Shown here piece after piece: positions 1 through 10,689 of a stretch of DNA of 64,000 bases. Source of the stretch: an uncultured Candidatus Rokubacteria bacterium (GTDB lineage Bacteria; Methylomirabilota; Methylomirabilia; Rokubacteriales; CSP1-6); assembly GCA_963762145.1 (NCBI GenBank), contig CAVXJS010000011.1:224001-288000 (forward strand), read 5' to 3'. Under the pieces are notes generated by a model. That model had not been told where the DNA came from, searched no databases, and was given only the letters and a program-made list of their open reading frames with translations. The stretch's first letter is position 1. Each line of letters opens with the position of its first letter. The position numbers and the translations under genes are program-made.

Positions 1-464
1 GTGCCGCCCATGTCGGGCACGAGGCCGAGCTGCACCTCGGGGATCGAGAAGAGGGTGCCCTCGGCGGCGAGGCGCACGTCGCAGCAGAGCGCCAGCTCGA
101 GGCCCGCCCCCATGCAGGCGCGCTGGATGGCACCGATGACCGGCACGCGGAGCGCCTCCACCGCCGAGAAGGACGCCTGGTGCCCGGCCAGGTGCTGGCG
201 GATGCGGTCCAGGGCCTGGCCGGGGGACATATCCTCGAGCGCGGTGCTGAGGGTCGAGCCCGCCTTCACGTCGAGGCCGGCGCAGAAGCAGCCGCCCGCG
301 CCCATCAGGACGGCCACGCGCACGTCGGGGGCGGCGTCCACGACCTTGCAGGCCTCGCCGATGCCGTGCCACATCTCGTTGTCGAGCGCGTTCAGCCGCT
401 CCGGCTTGTTGAGCATGATGGTGGCGACGTCGCCCTTGATCTCCACCTGCACCTTGTCGGTCAT
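1..464 (-). CDS. Enoyl-CoA hydratase/isomerase (crotonase) family, runs off window edge
   Basis: Manual translation gives MTDKVQVEIKGDVATIMLNKPERLNALDNEMW...AGGCFCAGLD...CMGAGLELALCCD. ATG at 464 overlaps the upstream TGA (ATGA). Confidence 0.9.
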   Translation of the reverse strand, partial: MTDKVQVEIKGDVATIMLNKPERLNALDNEMWHGIGEACKVVDAAPDVRVAVLMGAGGCFCAGLDVKAGSTLSTALEDMSPGQALDRIRQHLAGHQASFSAVEALRVPVIGAIQRACMGAGLELALCCDVRLAAEGTLFSIPEVQLGLVPDMGG

Positions 465-1497
465 CGCTGGCCCCTATCTACGCCGTTGAAGGCCCGCACC
501 ATCGCGGGCAGGCGCGGATCGTTGACGTTCGGCTGGTACGGCTGGTAGAGCCCGGTGCGATCCAGCAGGCCCTGGTAGCGCTCCGTGATCTTCGCGTGCA
601 GGTTCTCGTAGGTCGCGGTCACCGCGTAGGTGTCGAGCATCTCGTCGGTGATGAGATCGGCCATGCCCTTCCAGTCGCCCTCCACCGACTTGCGGTGGAG
701 CTGGCCGGTGACGGCTTCCCAGCCGTGCGCGGCCAGCACCGGCTGGTAGGTGCGCGTGGAGCCGTAGAAAGCGATCTGCTGCTTGACGGTCTGCGCCTGT
801 GCGGCCCGCTCCTTCTCGCTGTCGCCCACCACCACGAACGTGGCGGTGGCGTAGGTGAAGTCCTTGCGGGAGCGCCCGGAGCGCTTCAGAGCCCTCCTCG
901 ACCGCCGGGTGGACGATCTCGCGGAGGTATTTCGGCGAGTTGAACGGGTGCACGTGCATCCCGTCGCACAGCTCGCCCGCGATGCGGCACATCAGCGGGT
1001 TCACCGCCGCGATGTAGATCGGGATCTTCGGGTGATCGATGGGCCCCGGATTGAAGAACGGGGTCATGATGTCGAACGTGTAGAACTGCCCCTTGAAGCT
1101 GAGCTTGGTCCCGTTCTGCCAGCAGTCCCAGATGGTGCGGATGGCCCGGATGGCCTCCGCCATCTTCGGTCCGGGCGACTCGAACTTCACCGAGAAGCGC
1201 CGCTCGTTGTGCGCCTTCACCTGGGTGCCCAGCCCGAGCGTGAACCGCCCCGCCGGAGGCCTTCTGCAGGTCCCAGGCGATGTGCGCGGTGATCATGGGG
1301 CTCCGCGAGAAGACCGTCGCGATGTTGGTGCCGAGCTTGATGCGCGACGTCGAGGTCGCGGCCACCGCTACCGGCAGGTACGGGTCGTGCTGGGTCTCGG
1401 ACGACCAGAGGCAGTCGTAGCCCATGGCCTCGACCTTCCGGGCGTAGTCGGGGAGGCTCTTGAGATCATGGGTCAGCATGGACACGTCGAGCTTCAC
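461..1497 (-). CDS. LLM-class (putative F420-dependent) oxidoreductase, split by two frameshifts
   Basis: Pieces in ORFs 886..1533 (KLDVSML...SETQHDP...IKLGTNIA), 474..1220 and 461..835 (QQIAFYGSTRTY) join into one LLM protein. GTG start at 1497 with GAGGAG RBS. Confidence 0.85.
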
Positions 1498-1539
1498 GGG
1501 CGTTCTCCTCGCTGAGGGTTCGGCCAGAAGCATACCTTA

Positions 1540-1575
1540 CCCTCTCCCCGCTGGGGAGAGGGCTAGGGTGAGGGG
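1540..1575. repeat. Intergenic REP-like palindrome, family A copy 1
   Basis: CCCTCTCCCC-GCT-GGGGAGAGGG-CTAGGGTGAGGGG. The same element occurs at 34526 and 54920. Confidence 0.85.
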
Positions 1576-1611
1576 AGAGGAGGTGAGGGGAGTCGAGGGG
1601 TACCATGTGTC

Positions 1612-2836
1612 GTGCCCCTCTACCGCGGCTGGTCCGTCGTCATCGCCTGCGGGATCCTCGCGAGCTTCTCCTGGGGCCTCGGCTTCTACGGCCTTGGCGT
1701 CTACCTGCACGCCCTCAATCACCGGCACGGCTGGTCCACCGGCCTGATCTCGTTGGCGGTGACGGTCTACTACTCGCTCAGCGCGGGATGCCTCGTGGTC
1801 GTCGGCGGTCTCATCGACCGTCACGGCCCCCGCGGGGTGCTGACCTACGGCGTGGTCACGATGGCCGCCGCGGTGGCGCTGCTGGGCCTGATCACCGCCC
1901 CGTGGCAGCTCTTCGTCGTCTACGTGGTGATGGCCACGTCGTGGTCCTGTCTCAGCTCAACCGGTCTCAGCAGCACGCTGCTGCCCTGGTTCGGCCGCCG
2001 CCAGGGGCTCGCGATGACGCTGGCCCTGACCGGCGCGAGCGTGGGCGGCATGGTGCTGGTGCCGATCCTGGTCGCGCTGGCGCAGCGCCGCGGCTTCCAG
2101 TTCGCGACGACGTCCGTGAGCCTGGCCCTGCTCGCGATCGGCCTCCCGCTCGTCTGGCTGGTGATCCGCGGGCGGCCTACTCCGGCTCAGGTGGCCATCG
2201 AGCTCGGCCGCGACGGCGGGTCCGAAGCGCCGGGCGAGGGGACGCGTCCAGTCGAGAACCTGGACGCGGCACGAGGTCCTGCGCGTACCGCGGCTCTGGA
2301 CGCTGATGGTGCCGTTTGCCCTGGCCCTGGCCGCCCAGGTCGGCTTCCTCGTCCACCAGATCAGCGTGCTCGAGCCCTATCTCGGCGAGAGCCACGCCGC
2401 GCTGACGGTGAGCGCCACCACCGTGGCCGCGCTGCTCGGCCGCATCGCCATCGGCGTGCTCTCGGACCGCGTGAACCTGCGCAAGCTCTCCGCGGTCAAC
2501 ATCGGCGCCCAGGGCGCGGCGCTGGCGGTGATGGCTGCGTGGCCGTCGCCCGCGGTGCTGGTGGCCGCCAGCCTGGTCTTCGGCCTGGGGGTGGGCAACC
2601 TCATCACGTTCCCGCCGCTGCTCGCCCGCGTCGAGTTCGGCCCGCGCTCGTTCGGCACCGTGTTCGGCCTGGTGGGCGCGGCGACGCAGGCCGGCGTCGC
2701 GCTCGGCCCGGGGCTCATGGGGCTGCTGCACGATCTGCTCGGGAGCTACCAGACCGCGCTCTGGTGTCTGGTGGCGCTGGAAGGGATCGCGGCGGTCTCG
2801 GTCCTCGGAGGCCGGGCGGGCCGCGACGAAGGCTAG
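1612..2836 (+). CDS. MFS transporter (frameshift near 2240)
   Basis: The N-half is hydrophobic with a GGLIDRHGPR motif A. The C-half is ORF 2306..2836 with GVLSDRVNLR. Confidence 0.85.
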
Positions 2837-3429
2837 GCCGGCCGGGCGACCGCGGACCGGATGATGGTCGTGGCCGACGCGCAGAACATCCCGGCGATCA
2901 CCAGCCCCACGAGGAGATCCGGCCAGCCCGTCGCGGTGACCGCGACGGCCGCGCCCGCGACGATGACGCCCGCATTGCTCGCCACGTCGTTCAACGAGCA
3001 CAGCCACGCGGAGCGCATGTTGACGTCGTCGCCGCGCCGGCGCCACAGCAGGACGAGGCACGCCGCGTTCGCGACCAGCGCGAGGCTGCCGACGACGCCC
3101 ATCGTCTGCGCGTCCGGCGGCAGTCCGTGCAGGAGCTTCGTGACGACCTGCGCGAGGACGCCGACCCCGAAGGCGGCCATGATCAGTCCCTTCAGCCGCG
3201 CGGCGCGTGCCTGCCATCCCACGCCCCGCCCGACCGCGTAGAGACTGAAGCCATACGCGACGGCGTCGCCGAGCATGTCCGCCGAGTCCGCGAGGAGGGC
3301 GGTCGAGCGGGCGCCGATGCCGGCCACGAGCTCGACGACGAACATCACCGCGTTGATGCTCAGCACGACCCACAGCAGCCGGCGTTGCCGCGCCGGCACG
3401 TCGACCCGGATCTCGCAACAGTCCCGCAT
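2833..3429 (-). CDS. Cation diffusion facilitator (Co/Zn/Cd efflux-like), short form
   Basis: STALLADSADMLGD and NMRSAWLCSLND CDF motifs, with an N-terminal DCC. Confidence 0.85.
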   Translation of the reverse strand: MRDCCEIRVDVPARQRRLLWVVLSINAVMFVVELVAGIGARSTALLADSADMLGDAVAYGFSLYAVGRGVGWQARAARLKGLIMAAFGVGVLAQVVTKLLHGLPPDAQTMGVVGSLALVANAACLVLLWRRRGDDVNMRSAWLCSLNDVASNAGVIVAGAAVAVTATGWPDLLVGLVIAGMFCASATTIIRSAVARPA

Positions 3430-3488
3430 GGCCTCCAGTGTGCCAGACGCGCCGCGGTATGGTATATCCGTCCGAAAGGGAGGGCGCC

Positions 3489-4154
3489 ATGGCCAAGAAG
3501 GGGACCGGGCTTCTGATGGTGTGGGCGGATGTGCCCGCCGACAAGGAAGAGGAGTTCAACCGGTGGTACAACGAGGAGCACCTGCCGGAGCGCATGGCGA
3601 TCCCGGGATTCCTCGGCGGCGCGCGCTACGAGGCGGTGAAGGGCGGCCCGAAGCACCTGGCCGTCTACGAGCTCGAGAGCGCCGCGGTGATGGAGAGCCC
3701 CGCCTACAAGAAGGTCCAGGGCAACCCCACGCCGTGGACGAAACGGATCGGGCCCCAGGCCATCGGCACCCCGTTCATCCGCAACATCTACACGATGATC
3801 CACCCCGAGGCGCTCACCCCGGCGATCGCGGGGGCCCCGATGGCGCCCGCCCTCCAGCTCGGGCGCATGGACGTGCCCGCGGCGGTCGACCGCGAGTTCA
3901 ACGAGTGGTACAACACGGTCTACGTCCCGAACTACGAGAAGGTGCCGGGCGTGATCCGCGGCCGCCGGTACCGGGCGGTGGAGGGCACGCCGACCTACCT
4001 CACGTTCTACGAGTTCGAGAACCCGAACGTCTCCGAGAGCCGCGCGTGGCAGACCCAGCGCGACGCCGCCCCGATCAACGCAAAGATGCGGCTGCACATG
4101 AACCACGCGCCGGGCTCGCCGGGGGTCTACGTCAAGACGGTCGAGCTCCCGTAG
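3489..4154 (+). CDS. EthD/DUF4286-like dimeric alpha-beta barrel protein, two tandem domains
   Basis: Repeated EFNRWYNEEHLPERMAIPGF / EFNEWYNTVYVPNYEKVPGV units. ATG at 3489 follows AGGGAGG. Confidence 0.7.
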   Translation: MAKKGTGLLMVWADVPADKEEEFNRWYNEEHLPERMAIPGFLGGARYEAVKGGPKHLAVYELESAAVMESPAYKKVQGNPTPWTKRIGPQAIGTPFIRNIYTMIHPEALTPAIAGAPMAPALQLGRMDVPAAVDREFNEWYNTVYVPNYEKVPGVIRGRRYRAVEGTPTYLTFYEFENPNVSESRAWQTQRDAAPINAKMRLHMNHAPGSPGVYVKTVELP

Positions 4155-5055
4155 TCACTCCTGGGCCGCGCTGCGTACGCTCTGCATCTTGGGGTCGAGG
4201 AGGTCGCGCAGGCCGTCGCCGAAGAGGTTGAGGCCGAGGATGCAGGCCATGATGGCGGCGCCCGGGAACAGGGTCAGCCAGGGCGCCTGCTGGAGATAGA
4301 GGCGGCCTTCCGCCAGCACGTTGCCCCAGGATGGGATCTGGGGCGGCACGCCGACCCCGAGGAACGACAGCGCGGCCTCGCCGAGGACGGCCGCCGCGAA
4401 GATGAACGTGCCCTGCACGATGACCGGCGAGAGGCAGTTCGGCAGCACGTGGCGCGCCAAGACGAGCAGGTCGGGTACCCCCAGGGCGAGCGCGGCCTCG
4501 ACGTAGGGCGTCTCGCGGATCACCAGCACCGAGCCGCGCACGATGCGCGCCACGCGCGGCACGTACACGATGCCGAGCGCCACGATGACGTTGAGCACGC
4601 TCGGCCCGAGCGACGCCATGAGCGCGATGGCCAGGATGATGCCGGGGAACGCCATGAACCCGTCCATGATCCGCATCAGGACGTTGTCGAGCGGCCGGTA
4701 GTAGCCGCCGAGCAGGCCGAAGACGATCCCGCCTGCGAACGAGAAGAGCACCACCACGCCGCCCACCAGCATCGAGAGCCGGGTGCCGTAGATCACCCGG
4801 CTCCAGACGTCCCGGCCCACGTCGTCGGTGCCGATCCAGTGGGCCAGCGGTGGGCGGCGGCCAGGCGCGCCTTGACGTCGAGGAGCTGCGGGTCCCACCG
4901 CCCGATGGCGAGCGACGGCGACGACACGTTGACGGCGACGAGGCAGGTTGAGGGATCTTCCACCAGGAACGCGCCGAGTCATGGCGATGCGGGGCCCGCC
5001 GCCGCAGGAGCCCGCATCGGGCCACCGCCACGCGGGCCGCCCGTCGATCGCTCAC
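4155..5055 (-). CDS. Peptide/nickel ABC transporter permease DppC/OppC-like (5' part disrupted by indels)
   Basis: HWIGTDDVGRDVWSRVIYGTR, YVEAALALG and SWGNVL motifs. Confidence 0.85.
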
Positions 5056-5996
5056 TGGTAGCGAATCCGCGGATCGAGCGTCAGGTAGGCCAGATCCACC
5101 AGCAGGTTGATCATGGTGTAGGTGAGCGCGATGATCAGGACCACGCCCTGGATCACCGGGTAGTCGCGCCGGAGCACCGCCGAGATGATGAGCCGTCCCA
5201 GCCCCGGGATGTTGAACACGGTCTCGATCACCACCGCGCCGCCGATCAGGATCGCGAAGGTGATGCCGATCACGGTCAGGGTCGGGATGATCGCGTTCTT
5301 GAGCGCGTGCTTGTAGACCACCGTCCGCTCGGCCAGGCCCTTGGCGCGGCTGGCCAGGATGTACTGCTCGCGCAGCACGTCGAGCATGCTCGAGCGGGTG
5401 ATGCGGGCGATCAGCGCGGACTGCACGAGGCCCAGCGAGATCGCCGGCATGAGCAGCGAGCGCGCGTTGGGCCAGAGGCCCATGTCGAGCGGCACGTAGC
5501 CCGCCACCGGCAGCCAGCGGAGCCAGACCCCGAAGACCAGGATCATGAGGAGCCCGAGCAGGAAGTTGGGGATGGAGAGGCCGATCAGGGCCAGCCCCAT
5601 GAAGGACTGGTCCACCGTGGTGTTGTGATAGCGCGCCGACACGATGCCGGCCGGCACGCCGATGAGCACCGCGATCAGGGTGGCCCAGCTCGTCAGCAGC
5701 AGGGTCGGCTCGAGGCGCTCCAGGATCGCCTCGGTGACCGGGCGGCGCAGGAAGATGGAATCGCCCAGGTCCCCGCGCAGGAGGCGCCCGTACCAGTGCC
5801 AGAGCTGGGCGGGCAGGGACTCGTCGAGGCCCAGCTGCGTGCGCAGGCGCGCCACGTCGCCCGGCGTCGCGTCCGGCCCGGCGATGATGCTGGCCGGATC
5901 GCCAGGCGCGAGGTGGATCAGCACGAACGTCACGGTGGCCACCACGAGCATCACCGGGATGACCGCCAGCACCCGGCGCAGCAGGTAGGTCTGCAC
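5052..5996 (-). CDS. Peptide/nickel ABC transporter permease DppB/OppB-like
   Basis: APGDPA, GDLGDS, RAKGL..R..VYKHALKNA and LDPRIRY motifs. Confidence 0.92.
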   Translation of the reverse strand: MQTYLLRRVLAVIPVMLVVATVTFVLIHLAPGDPASIIAGPDATPGDVARLRTQLGLDESLPAQLWHWYGRLLRGDLGDSIFLRRPVTEAILERLEPTLLLTSWATLIAVLIGVPAGIVSARYHNTTVDQSFMGLALIGLSIPNFLLGLLMILVFGVWLRWLPVAGYVPLDMGLWPNARSLLMPAISLGLVQSALIARITRSSMLDVLREQYILASRAKGLAERTVVYKHALKNAIIPTLTVIGITFAILIGGAVVIETVFNIPGLGRLIISAVLRRDYPVIQGVVLIIALTYTMINLLVDLAYLTLDPRIRYQ

Positions 5997-6002
5997 GCCT
6001 CC

Positions 6003-7538
6003 CTACTTGGCGAGCCAGCTATTCCAGAAGTACATGCGCGGCGCGGTGCGGAAGTCGCCCCGCAGCTCGCGACGCGCGGCGTCCAGGGTGAAGTAGTCGC
6101 CGAGCTTGACGCTGCCCACGTCCTCGTAGAAGACGACCTGGAGCCGGTCGATGATGACCTTCCGCTTCTTGAGGTCGTTCTCGCTCTGGAGGTCGGCGAG
6201 CAGACGCTCCTTCTCCTCGTTGCACCACCAGCCGTTGAACGTGCAGCGGAGCGCGACGTGGTTGGCCGGGTCGGCCGAGAAGACGAAGCCGGTGGAGAAG
6301 ATCTCCCAGAGCTCCGGCTTGGCGCCGCGATTGTTGAGCGTGGCCCAGTCCACCACCTGGAGATCCACCACGATCCCCACCTCCTCGAGCTGCTGCTTGG
6401 ACACCAGCGCGTTCTTGTACATGAACTCGTACTCGCGGGTGGTGATCCAGCGCAGCGGCTGGCCCGCGTAGCCCGCCTCCTTGAGGAGGCGCTTCGCCTT
6501 CTCCTTGTCCTTCTGGTTGTAGAGCGCCGCGCTCGCCGTCGAGTGCCAGGGCTGCTCGGGGAAGAAGAGTCCGGGGTCGAGCCGGTAGAACTCGCGCGAG
6601 CCGAAGCCGGCCACCAGGATCGGCTCCATGTCCAGGGCGGCCTGGAATGCCTGGCGCAGCTTCTTCTGGCCCGTCAGGGGCGACTTGTGGTTCATGACCG
6701 CCACCGCCCAGCCGCGCGGCTTGACGATCCGGGACTCCAGCGCGGGCAGGCCCTTGATGCGCTCGTAGGAGTCCTGCTTGACGAACATCGCGTGGTGGTA
6801 CTCGCCGGTCTCGACGCCGGCCAGGCGCACCGCGGTCTCGGGCACGGTGAGGAAGAGGATCTCGTCGAAGTACGCGGTGCGCTTGCCCCCGAAGCCGTTC
6901 GCCGGCTCCGCGCGGGCGCTGTAGTCCTTGAACTTCGCCAGCTTGATGTGCCGGTCCGGTCGGTGCTCCACGAAACGGAAGGGCCCGGTGCCGATGAACT
7001 CCTTGAGCTGGCCCTCCCCCGCGGCCTCGATGCTCTCCTTCGGGTAGACCGCCGCGTGAGGCTCGGCGAGCCCGTAGATGAGCGAGCTCGACGGCTGCTT
7101 CATGCTGATCACGACGGTGTGGGGATCCTTGGCGTCCACGCTCTCCACGTACTTCCAGAGCGCGCGGCCCACCGAGGCCACCCGGCCCCAGCGCTTGAGC
7201 GAGGGCACCACGTCGGCCGAGGTCATCTCCTTACCGTTGTGGAACTTGACCCCCTTCCGGAGCACGATCGTGTACTTGAGGCCCTTGTCGGTCAGCGTGT
7301 AGGACTCGGCCAGGAACGGCACCGGGTTGAAGTTCTTGTCGTAGGTGAAGACCGACTCGTTGACGTGCCACATGATCTCGTACACCAGGGTGGCGGTGCT
7401 CATCGGAATGTCGAGCGTGGGCGGCTCGCCGATCGCCGCGACCTTGAGCACGCCGCCCATGCGCGGGGTCTCCTGAGCGGTGGCGGGCATCACGAAGGCA
7501 AGGCTCGCGGCAAGGACGATGAGCGAGAACCGTTTCAT
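6003..7538 (-). CDS. ABC transporter substrate-binding protein, family 5
   Basis: Signal peptide, LRKGVKFHNG and IGTGPF motifs. GGAG RBS. Confidence 0.92.
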   Translation of the reverse strand: MKRFSLIVLAASLAFVMPATAQETPRMGGVLKVAAIGEPPTLDIPMSTATLVYEIMWHVNESVFTYDKNFNPVPFLAESYTLTDKGLKYTIVLRKGVKFHNGKEMTSADVVPSLKRWGRVASVGRALWKYVESVDAKDPHTVVISMKQPSSSLIYGLAEPHAAVYPKESIEAAGEGQLKEFIGTGPFRFVEHRPDRHIKLAKFKDYSARAEPANGFGGKRTAYFDEILFLTVPETAVRLAGVETGEYHHAMFVKQDSYERIKGLPALESRIVKPRGWAVAVMNHKSPLTGQKKLRQAFQAALDMEPILVAGFGSREFYRLDPGLFFPEQPWHSTASAALYNQKDKEKAKRLLKEAGYAGQPLRWITTREYEFMYKNALVSKQQLEEVGIVVDLQVVDWATLNNRGAKPELWEIFSTGFVFSADPANHVALRCTFNGWWCNEEKERLLADLQSENDLKKRKVIIDRLQVVFYEDVGSVKLGDYFTLDAARRELRGDFRTAPRMYFWNSWLAK

Positions 7539-7573
7539 GGACGTCTCCTTGGGTCGAGGGGCGATGAGTGCGG

Positions 7574-8191
7574 CTACCGTCTGTTCTGGAGGAACCAGTC
7601 GACGGCCGCGGAGCCATCGGTGCTGTCCGGCTCGCGGGCCGGAGCCGGCGGAGATGGCGGCGTCGTCTTCGGCTCGGTCGTGCGTGGCGGTTCCGCCTTC
7701 GAGCGCGGCGCGGGAGGCTCGGCCCGCGGCACCGGAACCGGTGCCGGCGCCGCGGGAGGCTCTGGCTCGAGCGCGGGCGCAGGGGTGGCGGCGGATGCCG
7801 GCGGAGCCGTCGTGGGCCGGGGCTCGTCCGGGAGCACCTCGACCACGCGGGCGAGCTTCTTTCCCTCGTAGAGGTCGTAGGCGACCTTGACCTGGCCACC
7901 CGGTCGGACGTCGTTCATCCAGCCTTCGATCGTCCCGAGCATCACCCTGGTGTCCTTGGTGACCACGACCGGAACCGCGTCGCCGCCGGGCGGCTCGGAG
8001 GCGAGCAGGATGGCGCCCGGCTCGACTCTCGCCACGCGGCCGACGAGCTCCCCGTCCGGGTCGCGCGATCGATCGACCGGATACTCGAGAGGCTGCGCCA
8101 CACGAAGCACCAGCATCACCGCACCAGCCAGGAGCGCCAGGCTTCCGACCGCGGCACCGAACACCACGAAGCGAGCAACGACGGCCTTCAC
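7574..8191 (-). CDS. Hypothetical membrane-anchored protein (OB-fold/DUF5666-like beta domain plus Pro-rich tail)
   Basis: N-terminal TM segment, GRVARVE...VVVTKDTRV...VRPGGQVKVAY and a long Pro/Ala/Glu-rich C-terminus. GTG at 8191 follows GAGG. Confidence 0.6.
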   Translation of the reverse strand: MKAVVARFVVFGAAVGSLALLAGAVMLVLRVAQPLEYPVDRSRDPDGELVGRVARVEPGAILLASEPPGGDAVPVVVTKDTRVMLGTIEGWMNDVRPGGQVKVAYDLYEGKKLARVVEVLPDEPRPTTAPPASAATPAPALEPEPPAAPAPVPVPRAEPPAPRSKAEPPRTTEPKTTPPSPPAPAREPDSTDGSAAVDWFLQNRR

Positions 8192-8283
8192 TTCCTCACG
8201 TGCTGATGGCCCCTGATACAATGCCGGCGGCAGACTGTCAAGGGCGTGTTCCCCACACTCGGAGGGCTTCCACCATACAGCCG

Positions 8284-9222
8284 GTGACGACGGTCTCTGC
8301 CGGGCAGGCCCCGCGTCGCCTCGACGTCTTCGTGGCCACCCAGACCGCCCACCTGTCGCGCGCGGCCGCCCGGCGGTGGATCGACGGCGGCCTGATCACC
8401 GTCAACGGCCGGCAGACCAAGCCCGCCCGGCTGATCCGCCCGGGCGACGTGATCGCGTGTCACGTGCCGGTGCGCGAGCCCCCGCCGGTGGAGCCCGAGC
8501 CGCTCGCCCTGCACGTGCTCCACGAGGACGCGGACCTGCTGGTGATCGACAAGCCCTCCGGTCTCGTCATGCACCCGGGTCCCGGCCACTGGACGGGGAC
8601 GCTCCTCAACGCGCTCGTGCATCACGTTGGTCAACGCGACGGCCAGCGCGCGCGGCCCGGCCTGGTCCATCGCCTCGACAAGGGCACCAGCGGCGTCCTC
8701 GTGATCGCGAAGACCGACGCCGCCCACCGCGACCTCTCACGCCAGTTCCGCGTCCACTCCGTACACCGCGTGTACCTGGCGCTCGTGGCCGGCGGGGTCC
8801 GGCGGGGCGGCCTGATCGAGCGGGCGCTGGGCCGAGACCCGCGCGACCGGCGCCGGGTCTCGACGCACTCGCCCGTCACAAGGCAGGCGGCGACCGAGTA
8901 CCGCGTCGCGGAGCGCCTCGGCCCCGACGCGACGCTGGTCGAGGCGCGCCCGCGCACCGGCCGCACCCATCAGATCCGCGTGCACCTGGCCTCGATCGGC
9001 CACCCGGTCCTGGGCGACGCGAGCTATGGCGCGGTCCCGGCCGATCCCGAGCTGGTCCGCCCGATGCTGCACGCGGCCGTGCTCGGCTTCACGCACCCGA
9101 CGAGCGGGGAGTACACGGAGTTCCGGGCGCCCCTGCCGACCGACATGGAAGCCGCGGTGGCCCGCCGTCGGCCGAGCCGAGGGATATCACGCGCTCGGGT
9201 TTCTCAGCGGCAGCGACCGTGA
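8284..9222 (+). CDS. rluD: RluA-family pseudouridine synthase with S4 domain (RluD-like)
   Basis: RRLDVF S4 domain, IDKPSGLVMHP, PGLVHRLDKGTSG and TGRTHQIRVH. Confidence 0.9.
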   Translation: MTTVSAGQAPRRLDVFVATQTAHLSRAAARRWIDGGLITVNGRQTKPARLIRPGDVIACHVPVREPPPVEPEPLALHVLHEDADLLVIDKPSGLVMHPGPGHWTGTLLNALVHHVGQRDGQRARPGLVHRLDKGTSGVLVIAKTDAAHRDLSRQFRVHSVHRVYLALVAGGVRRGGLIERALGRDPRDRRRVSTHSPVTRQAATEYRVAERLGPDATLVEARPRTGRTHQIRVHLASIGHPVLGDASYGAVPADPELVRPMLHAAVLGFTHPTSGEYTEFRAPLPTDMEAAVARRRPSRGISRARVSQRQRP

Positions 9223-10643
9223 CCGGAGTCGGTGAAGGTGCGACCGGCTACTGGAATGAAGCGCCACTCGTAGCTGGTCGGGTGGAGGGTCAGCTTCAGG
9301 ACTCCGAAGGTGTCGTCGTCGCGTGACTCGCTGTTCGCGGCCGGCGGCCCATCGAATCGGTGCCGGGTCGCGCCGCCGGTGCCGACCACGAACTGGCGAA
9401 CGCCGCCCACCGGGTCGGGCTCGCCGTTCGGCTTCTGAGGCGCGAAGCGCTCGTAGACGTGGTCGTGCCCGCCCAGCACGATCTCGGCGCCGTGCTCGTA
9501 GAGCGCTTGCCAGAAGGCGGTCACGTCGGCCTCGTTACCCTGCGCCCCCGAGCTGAAGCGGGGGTGGTGCCAGTACGCGAGCGTGCAGGCCGCCGGGTGC
9601 GCGGCGAGGTCGGCCCGGAGCCAGCGCTCCTGGGGTGATCCCGGGCCGCACCCGCCGACGTCCGAGCAGTTGGAGTTCAGCACGATGATGTGCCAGGCGC
9701 CGAGGCCGTAACTGTAATAGCCCCGGTCGGGATCGCCGGCGGCGGGGCCGAAGTACTCGAAGTAGCCGGACGCGCGCGGCGTCAGGTAGTCGTGGTTGCC
9801 CGGGCTGGGACGAGTGCGCGATTTGTGACGCCCCCAGCTGGGCTCGTAGCACGCGGCGAACTCGATGGGCGTGCCGGCCTCGTAGGCGTGGTCCCCGAGC
9901 GTGAAGACGGTCCCGTCGATGGTGTCGAGCAGGGTCGCGGTCGCCTCGTCCCCGTCACTGGCACAGGAGGCGATGTCGCCCGCTCCCACGAGCACGAAAC
10001 TGCCGGCCGGCGCTGCTCCCGAGTGTTTTCCCGCCAGGGCCCGGAGCTTCTCCACGAGATCCTGATAGGACGAGCGAGCGACGAGCGCGGTGAACTGGGC
10101 CCGATAGTTGTTGACCAGGCTGGTGCCGCCGACGGTGAGGTCGTAGATCTTCCACTGGTCTCCGGCACGTCGCGTCAAGTAGTGCACCGGAATCTGGCGG
10201 TTCTTCTTCGTGACGATGGCGGTTCGCACGGTGGCCGAGTCGCCCTCGACGGTCTCGTCGAGGTACAGGAACTGCTCCCGATCGGCGAGCTCGATCCGGG
10301 AAAGGTACGTGCGCCGGAACAGCTCGGCAAAGAGATCCACGAACTCGGCGCGCTCGGCCTCGGTCCGCTCACTCCAGTGCGGGCCGAGCGCGCGCCTGGC
10401 CATTTCATTCCAGTCGAAGATCTCGTCGAGGAGTCGACGGGCCTCGGCCTGTCGGATCGGAGCGGTACTCTCGCCCGACCCGGCGGGAGAGAGGAGATCG
10501 TAGATCTTTTCGATCCGTACCCGGATGTGGTCGGTGACGCTCTCCGCCTCGACCTTGGTGGAGACGCCGGCCGCCGCGACGAGGACGACGGCCAGGACGA
10601 GGGGGAGCGGGTAGCGAGATGTCCGAGGCCGTGTGGAGATCAT
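9204..10643 (-). CDS. Secreted fusion of an MlaC/Ttg2D phospholipid-binding domain and a calcineurin-like metallophosphoesterase
   Basis: N-half: FDWNEMARRALG..W...WKIYDLTVGGTSLVNNYRAQF (MlaC). C-half: GDIA, LGDHAY, PGNHDY, WHHP and GHDH phosphoesterase motifs. Confidence 0.8.
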   Translation of the reverse strand: MISTRPRTSRYPLPLVLAVVLVAAAGVSTKVEAESVTDHIRVRIEKIYDLLSPAGSGESTAPIRQAEARRLLDEIFDWNEMARRALGPHWSERTEAERAEFVDLFAELFRRTYLSRIELADREQFLYLDETVEGDSATVRTAIVTKKNRQIPVHYLTRRAGDQWKIYDLTVGGTSLVNNYRAQFTALVARSSYQDLVEKLRALAGKHSGAAPAGSFVLVGAGDIASCASDGDEATATLLDTIDGTVFTLGDHAYEAGTPIEFAACYEPSWGRHKSRTRPSPGNHDYLTPRASGYFEYFGPAAGDPDRGYYSYGLGAWHIIVLNSNCSDVGGCGPGSPQERWLRADLAAHPAACTLAYWHHPRFSSGAQGNEADVTAFWQALYEHGAEIVLGGHDHVYERFAPQKPNGEPDPVGGVRQFVVGTGGATRHRFDGPPAANSESRDDDTFGVLKLTLHPTSYEWRFIPVAGRTFTDSGHGRCR

Positions 10644-10689
10644 GTGGCACCTCCCTCGGTGAGTGTCTTCCCTATGGTACCCCCGGGCG

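Noticed and set aside
7574-7830. Pro/Ala-rich repeats (also 30360-30670 and 49150-49230)
   Set aside because: These are ordinary low-complexity linkers with no exact tandem DNA unit.
4449-7871. 1140-aa plus-strand ORF (similarly 53493..56483, 47262..49409, 14644..16890)
   Set aside because: These are antisense shadows of well-supported genes. Stops are rare in high-GC DNA and the ORFs contain no recognisable motifs.
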